Shown: positions 24,834-38,900 of the stretch, piece by piece
How the letters are laid out: every line of letters begins with the position of its first letter
How positions within the stretch are numbered: position 1 is the stretch's first letter
Source of the DNA: Asterionella formosa
Lineage: Eukaryota
NCBI GenBank assembly: GCA_002256025.1
Contig: NKIB01012585.1
Span: 1-64,000, forward strand
Direction: 5' to 3'
Length of the DNA: 64,000 bases
Position numbers and translations under genes: made by a program
Notes under the pieces: generated by a model
Database searches by the model: none
The model's input: the letters and a program-made list of their open reading frames with translations, nothing else
Told to the model about the DNA's origin: nothing

Positions 24834-26830
24834 TCATTGTAAAGACCATCCATTTGAAGGCGAAGCATACCATCCAAAACTCGAATATTTTTTCGAGAAT
24901 GGAAGTTGATCATCAGGTGGTAACATCTTCAATGAAAATGGAACAAGCTGTTCCAAATGGAAATGAAACAGGACCAGAAGAAAGTAATCACATTTTATAT
25001 GTGTTATGATTCTATGGTGACATGCAATCAAAGAAGATTGCTGTGAAACCTCTGTTGCAATGTAGTCAGAACATTGTAGATACTAAGCAGACATACTAAA
25101 AGGAACATCCAGAAAGGCAGTGTATTTTGCGTTGTTTTCCAGCAACAGATCCATGAGCAATTGACAACAACTGGAAACATTGCCTTGTACTACTGGTGTC
25201 ACTGAGTGAAATGGTCAGCAGTATGGACTGAATAGATGTATTGAAGTTGAAACAAACGACGGTGGATAAGCAACACATGACCTGGATGGATATATTTCTC
25301 CATATATGGCTTAGATTTGTTGTGGTAGATTCAAGCCAGTATGCAGAGACAGGTGCAACTGCAATTCTGGTGGAAACCAGATAAAGGAGTGCCAGTGATC
25401 AGCATTGTCGAAGGTAGTAGGTTTTGCATCTGGGAATGAAGCAGTGTGATCTGCACGATCAAAAAGTGGGAGAAACGGGATGATGCAAATTGAAGTTTGA
25501 CTAACATAATTTTGGAGCAGAAGAGTATCCCGGAATGGAGCAGTGCAATCTGCACTATCAGAAAGTGGGAGAAATGACATGCAAATTGAGTTGTTGCAAA
25601 TATGATTTTGGAGCAGAAGAGAACCCCATCAGGTAACTGGGAAGGATCACACTTGAGATAATGCAAAAGTCTGTGATGATTTTTAATCAAAGATTGACCA
25701 GCACCAATGTACTCAGAACATTGTTGATGAACAGACAACATAAAAGAAATATCAGATGGTCTGCGAACATGATCTTGGAGCAGAAGCTTGGCCTCAAAAG
25801 CATTTTTGCAAACGTAATCTTGGAGTAGAAGCAAGATTAAGACCAGTATGTGTTTTGCAAACATGATTTTGGAGCGAAACGGTATTACCGTGGTCAGAGC
25901 ATAGAGAAATATCAAACGTGATATTTGGGATGATTCTATGGAGACATGCAATCAAAAAAGATTCATGTGCAGGCTCTGTTGCAATATATTCAGGACATTG
26001 TAAATGAACAGGGAAGCTGAAAGGAATACCCAGAACTTGAGGGTAATTATAAGTATCAGAAGCAGAATTGAAGATTTTGAGTTCTGATGGGATTTGAAGG
26101 GGAGTTGAGATCACCACCTCTAGTACACAGAATTCAGGGTCATGGATTCCTTCCATATTGTTGGTAGGATTTGATACATCAATCAATGAATCAGGTGGGC
26201 AAGGCGATGCATCGTGCAGTGATAAATACGGCACAGGTACAGGAGTAGAATGGTTCTTCTTGCTGGTAGTGGACTTGAGTTTGTTTATAGTTAAGATCAC
26301 CACCTCTACACAGAACTCAGGGTCATGGATTTCTTGCATATTAGTGGTAGGATTTGAAACATCAATCAATGACTCAGGTGGACAAGGCGATGCATCGTGC
26401 AGTGATAAATGCACAGGTAGAGGAGTAGAATGGTTCTTCTTGCTGGTAGTGGACTTGAGTTTGTTTATAGTTGAGATCACCAACTCTACACAGACTTCAG
26501 GGTTATGGATTTCTTGCATATTAAAGGAAGGATTTGAAACATCAATCAATGACTCAGGTGGGCAGGGCGATGCATCGTGCAGTGATAAATACGGCACAGT
26601 AGAGGAGTAGAATGGTTCTTCTTGCTTGGTAATGGACTTGGGTTTGTTTATATTCCAAGTACGATCCTCAACAATAGCTTCATACAGAGCATACATGGCA
26701 TCTTCATCAGCAGTAACATTATTTTGTACAACTGATGACTGAGAACCAAGGCAACACATGCTGCCGGTCAAAAGTGGGATTGGTGTACTCTTGGCATCCT
26801 TTGCCTTGAACAAAAGTTCTTTCCTGTTAC
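24834..26830 (-). other. Degenerate repeat-rich ORF region of unknown (probably TE) origin
   Basis: Broken minus-strand frames (25794-26830, 25331-25951, 24834-25031) with internal duplications: 180-183 bp units at ~26105-26650, ~97 bp units at ~25440-25625, and 25020-25080 matching 25945-26005. No recognised domain. Confidence 0.45.
26105..26650 (-). repeat. Tandem repeat, 3 copies of a 180-183 bp in-frame unit (LSLHDASPCPPESLIDVSNP...)
   Basis: GCGATGCATCGTGCAGTGATAAAT at 26204, 26387 and 26567. Confidence 0.92.
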
Positions 26831-29800
26831 CATATGACAAAAGCAAAGATCCAACAGCACGGAAGTATCGCAGGTTGTGCTCGAAAACAAGTATCAAGTT
26901 AAAGCATATCTTGAAATAGTTCATGCGCAGTTTTTTTCTCATAATATATATGAGAGATGCTTGAAATTGACAGAGATGGGGATATCTCAAGGGGTCCACG
27001 CACTACTGAAAGAAGCTGATCACTTAAATCATCAAGTCACAATTATTGTCCTACAGGCAGAGCGCAAGAATACCAGAAAAAATTATGGGTATGGATGGTC
27101 TCCGAAATTGGCTGAGGCTGGTCAGGAAGTTACTTTCTGGAAAAATTGCGTGAGGTGCTTTAGACAGGGAGTACATCCTACAACTCAAAATGTCGCCACT
27201 TATATGCAAAAAGTATGGCATACAGAACCTGAAGAAGGAACAGAAATTCTACCAAAATAAACTAGACGATGCATGGACAAAACATACTTTGGTCCAGGAC
27301 AATGATAAAGCTCATAGGAAAGAAAATTTGGACAAGAAACGCTAAGAGGCGAGATTACAAGGAGACAAACCAACCGCTGAAAAACTTCGGGCAATTATTT
27401 CATCAGAATAGTTAGCCCGGTTATGGCCAAAACAACCATGTCGATATGCTAAAGTAGAAATAAGTACATGTTTAAACAGGATTGAGAAGCCAATTTACGA
27501 TGACACAGGTGAAATTATAGAATTTCAGACAATTACTGGTTCAAACGAGATGTTCTATCACTTACTGCAACGGAATATGACTCATTTTGCACAAGCCCGG
27601 CATACCCCATTTGTTGAGGGATGCTTCGGCGCAGTTCTTCATCCATTGCAATACAATTCTTTCTCTGAATCCATCCTCCAAGGACAGGTAGACTCATCAG
27701 AGTTTCACGTCAATTCAGCTATCAAAGCTTGTATCCAGGAGATGGCATACCCACCCAATGAAACAGGAAAAGATGAAGTTCCGGTAGATATTTCGGTTGA
27801 TGATTTCAAATCAGGTTTCAAAACTACATCGGAGAAACATCATCATCCCCCAGCAGACGCCATTTAGGTCATTATCGCGCGGCATTATCTTCAGATCGTA
27901 TTTGCATGGTGTATGCAACGTTAATGACATTACCATTTAAGTTTGGTTTTACCTAACAACGGTGGACAAATGCTCTCCAAGTCATTCTGGAAAAGGTCAA
28001 AGGTACACCAAGGTTGGACAAATTGAGGGTCATTCAATTACTTGAAGCGGAACTAAACATGAGTCTCCAAATAGTGTTTGGATGACGGCTCATTCATCGA
28101 GCTGAGGATGGAAATAATAACTGAAGCGGCTGAATGCTTGCAGATTATACTTACAGGTTGTAACAGTGGCAGATATCACAGATGGTTCTGGTCGATTTGT
28201 TATTTCTCAGTACATGAAAGGTCATAAGTGCGCAGACCGCACAAGTACCTGGGAGTGGCCATCTCAACTTCGCCCATCAGCAGTAGCATGGAAGAACTTA
28301 TGGAGAAAATGAATCACCAGATGTCTCGCTCTGCACCTCACTCAGATCTCTACGGCCGCTGCGCAACACATTAGGACCTTGGTATGACAATGCATGCCGC
28401 CATCAAACTTGGAAATTTCAAATTGATATGCTCACCATGAATTTAATTCAACAGCCAAATGTTGGAATATATTTACAGCACAAACCGCACATACATCTCG
28501 CATGTATCACAAGACATTCAAAGGCCAAACAGGAGGTTAATTCCGATATCCATCAATAATACTACCTTCGACTATTTTGAAATAACTGGTTTCCCCCCAA
28601 CAACCACCAATGGCTGCCATAACCAAGGTTCTAAGCGGAGGCCAGCAACATCTAGGCCAAACATTGACAGTTGTACATCCATTCTCAACATGTACCTGAA
28701 GACAGCCATGGGAGACTTCGTGTTACCCATAGACATAAGGACAATGGGAAAACACTTATTGGAGGGAAAGGTCGCCTTAGCATCCGATGGTTCCTCAATC
28801 TCCAAAAATAAGACTGCTACACATGGGTGGAAACTTCACGATAAGAACACTAAATCTCAAGCCTATGGACATGGCTGGGTATCAAGCGGGGGGCAGGAAA
28901 TGTCTTCCTTATGCCCAGAAATGGGGGGTTTACTAAGAGGATTAGCGGCCACAGTTCATATTTTACAGTCAATCCCAAGGAGCCCTAGTCCGCAGCGAAT
29001 TCAATTGCCAGTATACATTGATAATCAGGCACTCATTTCTCGAATCAGGAAATGGAAACACAGTGGCCCCTCAGGAAAACTTCACACAGATTTCGATCTG
29101 CTACAGGTGATAATGAAAGTGGCTGATAGCCATAACATTGACCTAATACCAGAACATGTTAAGGCACACCAAGACAATGACTGTGCTTATGAGGACTTCT
29201 CATGGAAGGCCAAATTAAACTGTGATTGTGACCATCAAGCCACAATGGTGCTGACCTGTATACAATGTCTTGGCTCTCCAGCACAAACATATCAACTACC
29301 TCCGGGACATTCAGCATCCCTACAAATACGCAACACCGCAGTGACAACAAACATGCCAATGGCCATTCGCAACGCAGCATTCCATGATGACATGGAAAAG
29401 TATAAAATTCAAATGGCTGGATGGGATACAAGAGAAATTTACGACATGGTGGATTGGACAGCAAGACACGAGGCAAGCAAAACACTCAGAGGATCACGTA
29501 AAATGAAAGTATTTAAATTGGAATTTAATTTGTTGGCGACATTTCGACATCGGAATAAATATGATAAGAGCGTGGATAACAGATGTTTTCGATGTAAACG
29601 CCTCAACGAGGACATTAATCATGTAATTACTTGCCCAGTTAAGACTTCAGCACGGGAGGAGCTGCTACATCAAGCAATGGAGTCAGCTATCATGGGTCCA
29701 GGAGCATGTCACTATGTAGCTACTAAAATGAAAGAGGGACTTAATCAATGGCTAAATGGCAGGAGTTCTCGGTGGGAAAGACCTATTCCCCATGCGGCGG

Positions 29801-30345
29801 ACGTTGTAGGGAATTTGACATTTAAGGCCTACCTGAAACAAATGGATATTGGGTGGGACCAAGCGTTCAAAGGAAGAGTAAGCAAATTGTGTGGAGTCGC
29901 AACGGTTACGCACAGCAAAGAAAAAGGGGATAGGGATGGCATACTGGCGAAAAAGTGGAGCGCTAGGGTTATTTCAAGTTTATGGGATATGGCCATCAAG
30001 AGTTGGATTATACGCAATGAGGATTTATATGGAAATACAGAGCAGGAACAATTAAGGAAACTGATGGAGGAAGTGGATTCACAAATTAAGGTTAGATACA
30101 GATTTGATCCACAAAGGGTTAGAGAAAGCGATAAATCATTTTTCCTGCTTCCAATGGAGGTGAGCATTAAACAACATACTTTACAGCAGAAGCGTTTGTG
30201 GGTGGAAACTGTGGATCTTGCTTTTAATGCTTGGAATAACGATCAATCCAGGACTATGCCAAACGTCGCGGGGAGCGTCCGTCTTGCACCGGTATGGACT
30301 CGTGGGCATGGAAGACGTCCAAGGGTTCGTAAGAAACCAGTATGA
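26830..30345 (+). mobile_element. 5'-truncated, internally deleted non-LTR retrotransposon (Ambal-like) with RNase H and CCHC domain
   Basis: RRHLGHYRA and RWTNALQVILEKVKGTPRLDKLRVIQLLEAELN (RT N-terminus) jump at ~28112 to LKRLNACRLYLQV, so the RT core is deleted. ORF 28459-30345 has RNase H motifs (ASDGS, YIDNQA, HVKAHQD, LNCDCD) and CFRC...EDINHVITC. Confidence 0.8.
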
Positions 30346-31829
30346 TGATGAAGCAGTGTCAACCCTGGTACGAGTGCAATTTCTCACAAGCATATACAGG
30401 AGACTCTACAGCAAATCACCATGGGGGAGCCCCACAAAACGCCGGGATTGAGCAGAACATACAAACCCTCGATGCAGCAATGGCCGCAGCACCAACAGCA
30501 ACTAATACAATCTTCAAACAGTGGCCCAAATGGATCACCACAAGTTCCAAAGGCCGCTCCAGTCCGCAATTGGCAACAAAGCAGCGCTGAAAACTCCTCA
30601 GCTCAAAGCGGCTTTTCAGGAAAAGCTCGAGAAATTGCGAGCTGTCTCCATGCCGCTATGACTACAAGAACAGCTGCAACTACTACGAAATTGCCTAACA
30701 TGGCTATCACGGCACACCAGTAACATTAACAGCGCCATCAACAGCGGACAAATCATCTGATTGCATTCTACCTGATACTCCTTTCACCACCAAACCGGGG
30801 TCAAGGTCACTCTCCATGCCGACAACAGCCACAAAAATCGCAACACCACTTGACACTAAAATGTTTAAAAAAGAAGAACAGATTCCAGTATCATTTCCAA
30901 AGGATGGCATGGATGTTGGCCTTGTCATGCTGCAGGGTAAACCGACGATCCAAACTTCCGTCCAAATTACCTAAACATTTGAAATCAATGAGGAGACGCT
31001 ATTTTTAAACATCTAGCTATGAACTGCTCAAACAACATCTGTCCATCAATCCAACTCTCCAGTTTTTCAAATAGAGTCAAACACGGATGACATTGTTGTC
31101 CATGCCATCAATACAATTCATCAAAAACTACTTGAAATATATATGATTCAAATTCCAGAATTACAAAGAACACCGATTGATTTTTGTAGAGAACTATACA
31201 GTAATGAAGGTTTGATATGCACCTGGGATTCTCACCTGTTCCACATTACAATTGAAAAACTCATTTAAAAAAAACCATACAAGAAGAAGAAATTTGTGCA
31301 AATAGCGGATTTTTATGCATATGTGGCCTCAGCAATGCTGGCAGCACAAGGACAATCACAGCCATCTATCACAACATTTTTTCGAAAAGAAAAAATTTTC
31401 AAAAAGAAAAAAAGAAACACGACAACAACAAATTAAACCGCCTCAGGGGTGGCTGGTACCAGTAAAAACAGTTCAAACAAAGTTAATTTTGGCCAGGAGA
31501 AGGGTTCCCAACAAGGTGATTAGGGCTCATGATGAACTAATTCAAAGGGCCACCAGACTCTACTATTTGAAATTAGTGCCTATTCAGAGGTACAGTTCTG
31601 GTTGGCAAGCAAATCAAGAAATGAAAAAAAATTAACCACCATTCTCATGAGAGTGGGCATCCAGTACTATCCACCTTCCTCCGCTGCATACATGCTGGCG
31701 TCACCATGTTTTTGGGGTTGATCTCAGTTACATATGTCGCCAATGGGCGCCACGCGATCTATTCTATCTCAGTATTATAGTTCTAAGATGCCATAAAAAT
31801 GAAGTTAAACATTTATGAAACCTTTCCCC

Positions 31830-32845
31830 CTCACACTTTTGACAATGCAACTTGTAATAAGGAAACGGTGTTGATGAGAGGAGCAAGGACCAATGACAAC
31901 AATGTGCAGTTTGTTAAAGTATCAACACATCTAGTGTGTGATGCGGAAGGAAGACCTATTGGCATAGCAAATGAAAACCCATAACTTGACACAAGGCAGT
32001 ATGCTGTTGCATTCAGGGACAGATGATTGGAATTATCATCTGCTAACAACGTTATTTCTCAAAACTTGCAATTAACAGGTCAATGATAAAGGGAACAGGC
32101 ACATTATCTTAGAAAAAGTAGTTGACCACTGGGGAAATGACAGCGCAATTGAGAAAAAACAATGCTTGTGTAACAGTGAAGAATAGCGTGAATGAGCGAT
32201 GCAAAACTACACAAGGCAGCATCTGTTGTGTCAGTGGAAGGATGCTAGTAAGTGGACATTAGCATTTGATACCCAGCATCCTGACATCGATGAATTGAGA
32301 TTTGTGAAGAGCAATTGGCAAGATTTCTACTGCGACAAGAAAGAGCCAATTCCAGGTGACATGCCAGAAGTTCACGGAAACGTGGTGTCAACGCATTGTT
32401 TTGTCAATGCCAATCATGGAGGTAACCGTGGCACAAGGCGCTCAAATACAGGTATCTTACTCTTTGCTAATATGGCAGCAGTTGTATGGTACAGCAAACG
32501 CCAAAACACTGTCAAAATGACGACATTCAAAAGCGAATTTGTTGTGATGAGGATTTCTTGGAACTAAACAAGTGGTGACTTTGTGCTACAACTTGAGGAT
32601 GTTTGGAATTCCAAAAGACAGGAGACCAACCAATGCGATAATGAGGCTGTCACCAAGAACACTATTTTCCAGTAATCTATGCTTATGAGGAAACTCAATT
32701 TGATTGCTTGCCATCGTACAAGGACGGCAGTTGCAGCACGCACAATCAGAGTGACAAAAGACGACGGGCTGATGTGCTGACCAAGTCATGCATTGGTGCA
32801 GGCAACCAAAGATTTCTTGTGTGATCTATTCATGTACTATGGTGA
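31830..32845 (+). mobile_element. Ty1/copia (CoDi-type) remnant: post-integrase segment fused to RNase H, RT deleted
   Basis: GRPIGIANENP and LLCQWKD join at ~32244 to LAFD...WQDFY...PGDMPE...FVNANHGGNRGTRRSNTG...WYSKRQNTV...EFV. Confidence 0.8.
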
Positions 32846-34183
32846 AGTATAGCCTTTGTTCAGCAGGTATCATCAGATGATCGGTTACTAACTAGACATG
32901 CAAGACATGTTGCTTTGACATACCAGGTCGATTTGGGGCAAGCAGCATCTTGGTTTCCTTGATATTGTTCAAGGGTACTGAATAAACTATACTGGCATAC
33001 TGTCCATTGTGGTATGGTGGGACAGTGACTGGCAGTTATGCACAATGACAAGCCCATTAAAATGAACACGCCCATTAGAATGAGATGGCGATAGCGATAG
33101 ATCAGAAGCATGCATTTAAGCTCACTTATCCTAGGATTATCTGTTTATACTTTTACTTTTGCATTCATCTGAGTAAGTCACCTTATCGAACTTGTTGCAG
33201 AATGATCCATTCGTAAATGTACTGAACCCCCACTAAAGCCATTCCCCCAATACATAAGAATCTTTAATAAGTACTTTGAATAAAATCAAAACTAATCACT
33301 TGCCAATTTTCTCTCCTGTGATCACCACACCATGGAATCACACCAATAACTCAACATATAAACTGTTTTGCAAAAATGCAGCTGCTATCGAATTTTCGCA
33401 CCTTTTCCCACTGCCAAAAGAGATTTGTGGTCTACCAAATTATCCCATGGATCATGCAGAAGCTCATGATTCTGAAGGACTTTATCCTCAAACTTGTGAA
33501 AAGGTCACAACATCTGGCTACAATTCCTCAACCAGATCAGATTTTGTGAAGACAGTGATACATACCTAGCCGATTTTTCAACCATATAAATATTTTTAGA
33601 GAAAATGAAACACTTAACAGTGGTATGTGATACCATTCTATTCACAGTGTGCTGGCAATGCCAGTGATACCACTATCTGCCATACCAGCCAAACTGCAAC
33701 AAGATAATGCTGATTGGTTGTTGGAAATCCAATAACTTGTTTGTTGTTAAAATTTGCATTCAAACACAAGTCGTAGAATTTTCGAAATCTGTCAGTCATA
33801 AAATGTGTAACTTTTCATCAGCCAGAAAATAATCCAATATCACACCTTGATCGACAGACCATGGCAAGAAGAGCACACGCCATGTCTCGTCTGCAGTATA
33901 TTTTATCCATCAAGACTGAATTGGTTTCAGCGAAGCACCTCCATCACTGTTGTGTTCTGGGAGTTGGATAGGAACCATTCTATTACAACACCGAGTTCAA
34001 GAAAAATTCTATACTTTTCTCTTTATTCATATTCTATTCTATCCACATTATTTCAAAGTGCCCTGGTAGTCGAATACAAACATCTTGATCAGTGGTACTA
34101 CATCTGATGATCAATACCCACCCGACGTAATGCGTTAGCATTACTTCACTATTATTACCTGAACCATGGTCCAAGATTTTCTG

Positions 34184-35671
34184 CTAATCCTCGTCAAGGA
34201 GTTGAAGTTTCAGTCCATGCAGCTTCTGGAAAACGAAGGAGCGGACGCTCTTCTCCCAGTCACTGTTGAGCATGCTGTAAATTGCACTATCCCGACTCGC
34301 ATCCTTGACGATCATGTGCTTAGGAATCTCTGCTTCCTTGGTGAAACCCAGGCGAACCGCTAATTTTTTGCTTTTTGCATCCTGAGTATCAAAAGCCATT
34401 TGAATTCTACGATACCCAAGAGCGAAGAGTTTCTCCATTAATAAAAAGCACGCCTCAATAGGTTCCGCACTTCCTTCGCTGGAAGGCTTGATGATTGGAG
34501 GTTCCAGCTGAATAGTAAGGTGCTCCGGCTCATCGTCGGATAACACGACAACTCCCAGAAGACGATCTGTTAAATTCTCAATAATAGCAAAGGCCGCCTC
34601 ATTGACGCCTCGCTGAAAGATGGGACACTCTTTCAATTCTTCCTCGTTTCGAAAAGGCCCATAGTTTAAAAATCCCCATACCTCCTTGGGATTATAAGCC
34701 TTATTGTCTAGGTAGGCATTACCAGAGGTTATATTGTAAAACTTCTCTAGATGACGGTCTATATCCAAAGCTTCCAGACGAACAAGTCGACCGATTAAAT
34801 CTTGAGGACGTTCATCATAAATCTCGCGAAATTTTTCTTCTGATCCATGATTGGCACAAGCAAAATATTCGTAAAAGCGAGCATATGAACGCTTGTAGCT
34901 TCGAGTCACATTGGTCCCGCAACCAGCAAAGGCACGAGCGTAGCCTTCGAAGCGACATTCAGGGCGCCCTGATAGCCCAGATCCTATGTTGATATGAACG
35001 AAGAATAAATTGAAGATTTTGAGATTTGATCTTGTTATAGGTTACATCAGATTCAGAGTTTACGTACCAAATGGTTTATCTTGACACTTCCGATATGCCT
35101 CTACGTATTCGGCTTGGTAGCCAGGAGGTATCAATCGCTCTTGAGTTTTCTCCCTGGCTACAGATTCGTCCACCAAATCAGAAACTTTGCCACTTCCAAT
35201 GTCAACATTCAAAACCATCTTCGTCAGTTTGCTATCGGAAGTGGAAGTTTGGGGCTTTTCATAATTTTTTGTCATCATACGTTCCCTTGCTTCCAAAAGA
35301 CGTTCAAGCAGAAGGGGTCGACCCGATCGAGACGTGACAACGTCGGGAACAATGACATCGCCTTGTGCAGACTGTTCCGCTATACGTTTGAAGGAGCCTC
35401 CAAACGTCAAAAGAGCCACGACGGAAGAAACCGTCAACACAAATGTCAGAACACCAAACATGATTCCATAACGCTGAGCAGCTGGCATGTTGGCCAAGCC
35501 GAAGGCGGCCAAGAAATCATCGAAGCTCGAAAAATGACCAGTTAACAGTGTGAAAGCTTTCGTCAGCTTTTCAAAGTCGCTGCTATCTTCGACCTGCTGA
35601 GGATATCCCATGGCGTCGTATATGGCTTCTTCGTTAGAAGCGGCAAGGGAATAGCGGCGAAGATGGGACAA
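34184..35671 (-). CDS. Membrane-anchored RimJ/RimL-type GNAT acetyltransferase-like protein, copy A (C-terminally truncated; may be a pseudogene)
   Basis: Inverted paralogue of 49579-51174, with an 84-bp intron at 34984-35067. Ends ...QLLDED* about 36 aa before copy B. First ATG is 35611; in-frame TTG at 35671. Confidence 0.7.
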
Positions 35672-35979
35672 TGTCTACTGTTGCCCCCAGAAAATATAAA
35701 TGCAAGTGACGAGACGAGATTTAAAAAAAACACAACAAAGTGAGGATTATATTAATTTAGTTCCGGTATATGGCAATGGATTGGAATCATGGACGGCTGT
35801 ATACCGTATATTCACCGATACGAATACCAGTAATATTCATTACCGATAGTTACCGTAGGTTAAAGGTTATACCAGTGCTCATCTCTCCTACCGGTATAAC
35901 GGCTATGGTATGCCCGGAATGTACTCTATGATAGTGTTTCAGTCGACAACATGCACCAGGTACCAGGAACACCAGCAGG

Positions 35980-38900
35980 TCAGCAATCCTGCTCAACTAC
36001 ACGTACACCGTCAGGGTTATGTATGTAGTGTTACATGGATTATATTCAGAACTCTATCAGGAGAACTCGACTTAACCTATTGAATACTTTAGTGTCAACC
36101 TGGGAGAACGAATCGCACACAAGGATTAACTAATAAGCACATATGTATTTAACAAATACTACAACTTCTAGTTAGATACTTCACTTTGAAATCAAAAAGA
36201 GTCCAATTAGAATTAAAAATGTTGATGTATTCTCAAGTCCAGTGGTCCCATTGATGAAGGATGACAACATACTAAACATCAAGATTCATAATTCTTTGTG
36301 TATCCCTACCAGGTCAATGTTTGGAGTCTTTCAGCCAAGATATGATTAATGGAGACTCAGTGGAAGCTTGTTGATAGATTTCAGTAAATCCTGTTGTGAT
36401 ATAGCTAACACATGTAACTTCAGTCCAGTAGATTCTTTGCTTGTTCTCCTAATGCTACAAAAGATGCCTCACAGATATCGCCTTGCCTGACTGGATGAGT
36501 GTTGCAATACACCCAAACGGTCAGTCCCATAACAGTCTCAACAAAGTCAATCATCATGGTGATGTGGCTGGAGGATTATCTTCCTCATCATATCTTTGAG
36601 AGTTGGCATCAGTGGATGCCATGATAATACTCGATAAAACATTTCGACATGCCGGTGATAGAATTTTCTGCCTGCCTCAAGACTTTAAATAAGCTCCTCA
36701 AACTCATGATGCCCCATCCAGAAGATCAGGAGGTCTTGGCCAAGGACGATTTGAGGTTGATTGTCATTTACTTTATGCCCGATTTGTAGCAGCAAGAATA
36801 TAATGGAATAATGAGAAGAAAACGAAACAAATTATTCGATTGGTTTTGACTTACTTCGAGAGTCAACCATCATTCAATTCAAAGATCATCTCAAGCACAT
36901 CCTCAAGCACGAGTTTTGCCCCACCATAACACAATATCGTCTACACATCGCTGAAGGGGCAATCGTGATAAGTCAAGAGAACGCGCGTGACTGATGTCTA
37001 TTTTTTAACACAAAATCGTCTATAAATAATTAAAGTTGAAGACAATCGTGTGATGCATCAGGAAACCAAGCGTGACTTGGAGTGTCAATTTTTAACAAAA
37101 GATCATCTTCGCATCGCTGAATACAGTCGCGTGACGCATCAAGAAAACAAGCATGTCAAGCGTCAATTTGCTTGTACGCTATATTTTTACACTAAGTGGT
37201 AATGGCAGGGCACATGCAATTTTAATGCCGCTAGCCCTGCATGGGATAGTGAGACAACGGTCAAACATAAGGCCTGTCAAATTAACATTACTAACAATAC
37301 TACTAACCTTGTTCATGTTCCTCTAGCATGGAAATTCTACGCAAGTTAGTCGTCATACTGGTACTGCCAATACGCTTGCATCCCTTCTACAAATCCATGG
37401 GTCAACCCTATGACGATGTATGGTTAGGGTACTGTGCCAAAGGCCATACCTGCCGACTTTTATGAATCTGCCCAGGAAATTTCAGTGGTCACAAACCCTC
37501 CTGTTGGTCAGATAGTGGCCTTTTTTTGCCTAAAACCCAGCAGAATGCTGAATAGATTGCCTTAACAGAAGTATATGCGACAACAGCGATGCTATTTTTA
37601 TACTTTATAAATATAACGGAACATTGAATATGTCTTACATCAGTCATTACCTGGATAACATTTGTTATTTACAAGATAATTACAGGTTGGATATCGCCGG
37701 TATTGTAATGCAGGATATTTTAAAGTGCGTAGGTTGATTCAACATAACCCATACATCTCAAGGCCTGATTCCGGTCTCATTTCTTTCTTTGCCTAAGAAT
37801 GCATAAGCTTCATTGAATTTAATTCCCATTTCATTAGTAGCCCCAGAATTGGTGTCGGCTGTGAATATGCATGCCATAAGATGAGTGTTATTTGATTGCG
37901 GTGGTGGGTCCATATGAATGGGTTGTACCTCAGCAGGGTATTTCGTTGTCTATCGAAAATTTATAATTAATATATACCATGCATAGCAGATACCTTTTCT
38001 TCCCTTGCCAGTACTCTTTCATAAAACATGATGCTACCAAACATTTAATCCGTCAGCTTGTATCCTGCAACAGAAATACCAGGTCTTGAGTACCTTCTGC
38101 AAGTTTGCTTATTTGTCCAGCTGGTTTAATTATGATGGATTTTATACAAATATAATATGCCCTGTGTGGATACATCGGTTTTTCCCGCATGTCATTGATT
38201 TCTATAATGATGCAGAACATTTACATAGTGGGTTGTTATAATTATTTTTAAGCATTGAACATTCAAGCTGCTAACTACACAGATACTGACAGCTGCTGTT
38301 ATGGCTGAAGCAAATTTATTTAATCGCAAGTCATCAAGCAAAATTCCAAATGAAATGGTCTGTTGACGAAACTGACTGATTGAGATATCAATAAACTCCA
38401 GTTGGTCTCAATTTTGGTCTTAAAAAATTAAAAAGGCACGAGCCTTTAACAACATGTCTCTCCGACTCAGGGCTGCTAAACAAAATCGTTCCTTTCTTGG
38501 TGTGGTCACCGAATATAGGGACAAATTTCCTTGTCGTTCCTATATTCTTGGTCCACATACGGCTTTGACCAGGTCTGGTCTTGTTGTATGTTGGTGCCAA
38601 TTCATCAACACTTTTGCTGATGTTCCTGCTCATCAATTAGGCTCAGTACTAATTCAAAAAGGATCTCCAATTGATTCTTATTTTCGTTTGCCCCAAATAA
38701 TTACACAACTATAAAAAAAAGCTTTTTGGTAATGGAAACAATTAAGGAAATTTCATACAATTTGATCTACATTACATTGTAACATATTTTTTTGAATTAT
38801 GAATCACCATGCTATTTTGGATTCCATCTCATGCCGCCCGAGGCTTGCGTCTTCGGTGGGGGATGATGTGAACGTGGATCCACCATCAGAATCAAAAATT

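Noticed and set aside
25794..26999. 401-aa minus-strand ORF as a real gene
   Set aside because: Its first ~55 codons are the antisense of the LINE, so the ORF is a chance fusion across an insertion junction.
30346..31640. Short ORFs downstream of the LINE
   Set aside because: Fragmented, low-complexity and without a recognisable domain; likely decayed repeat, cannot be assigned.
33619..33674. Small multi-stem inverted repeat (AGTGGTAT...ATACCACT enclosing CTGGC/GCCAG)
   Set aside because: Single short instance with no recognisable RNA family; compatible with chance.
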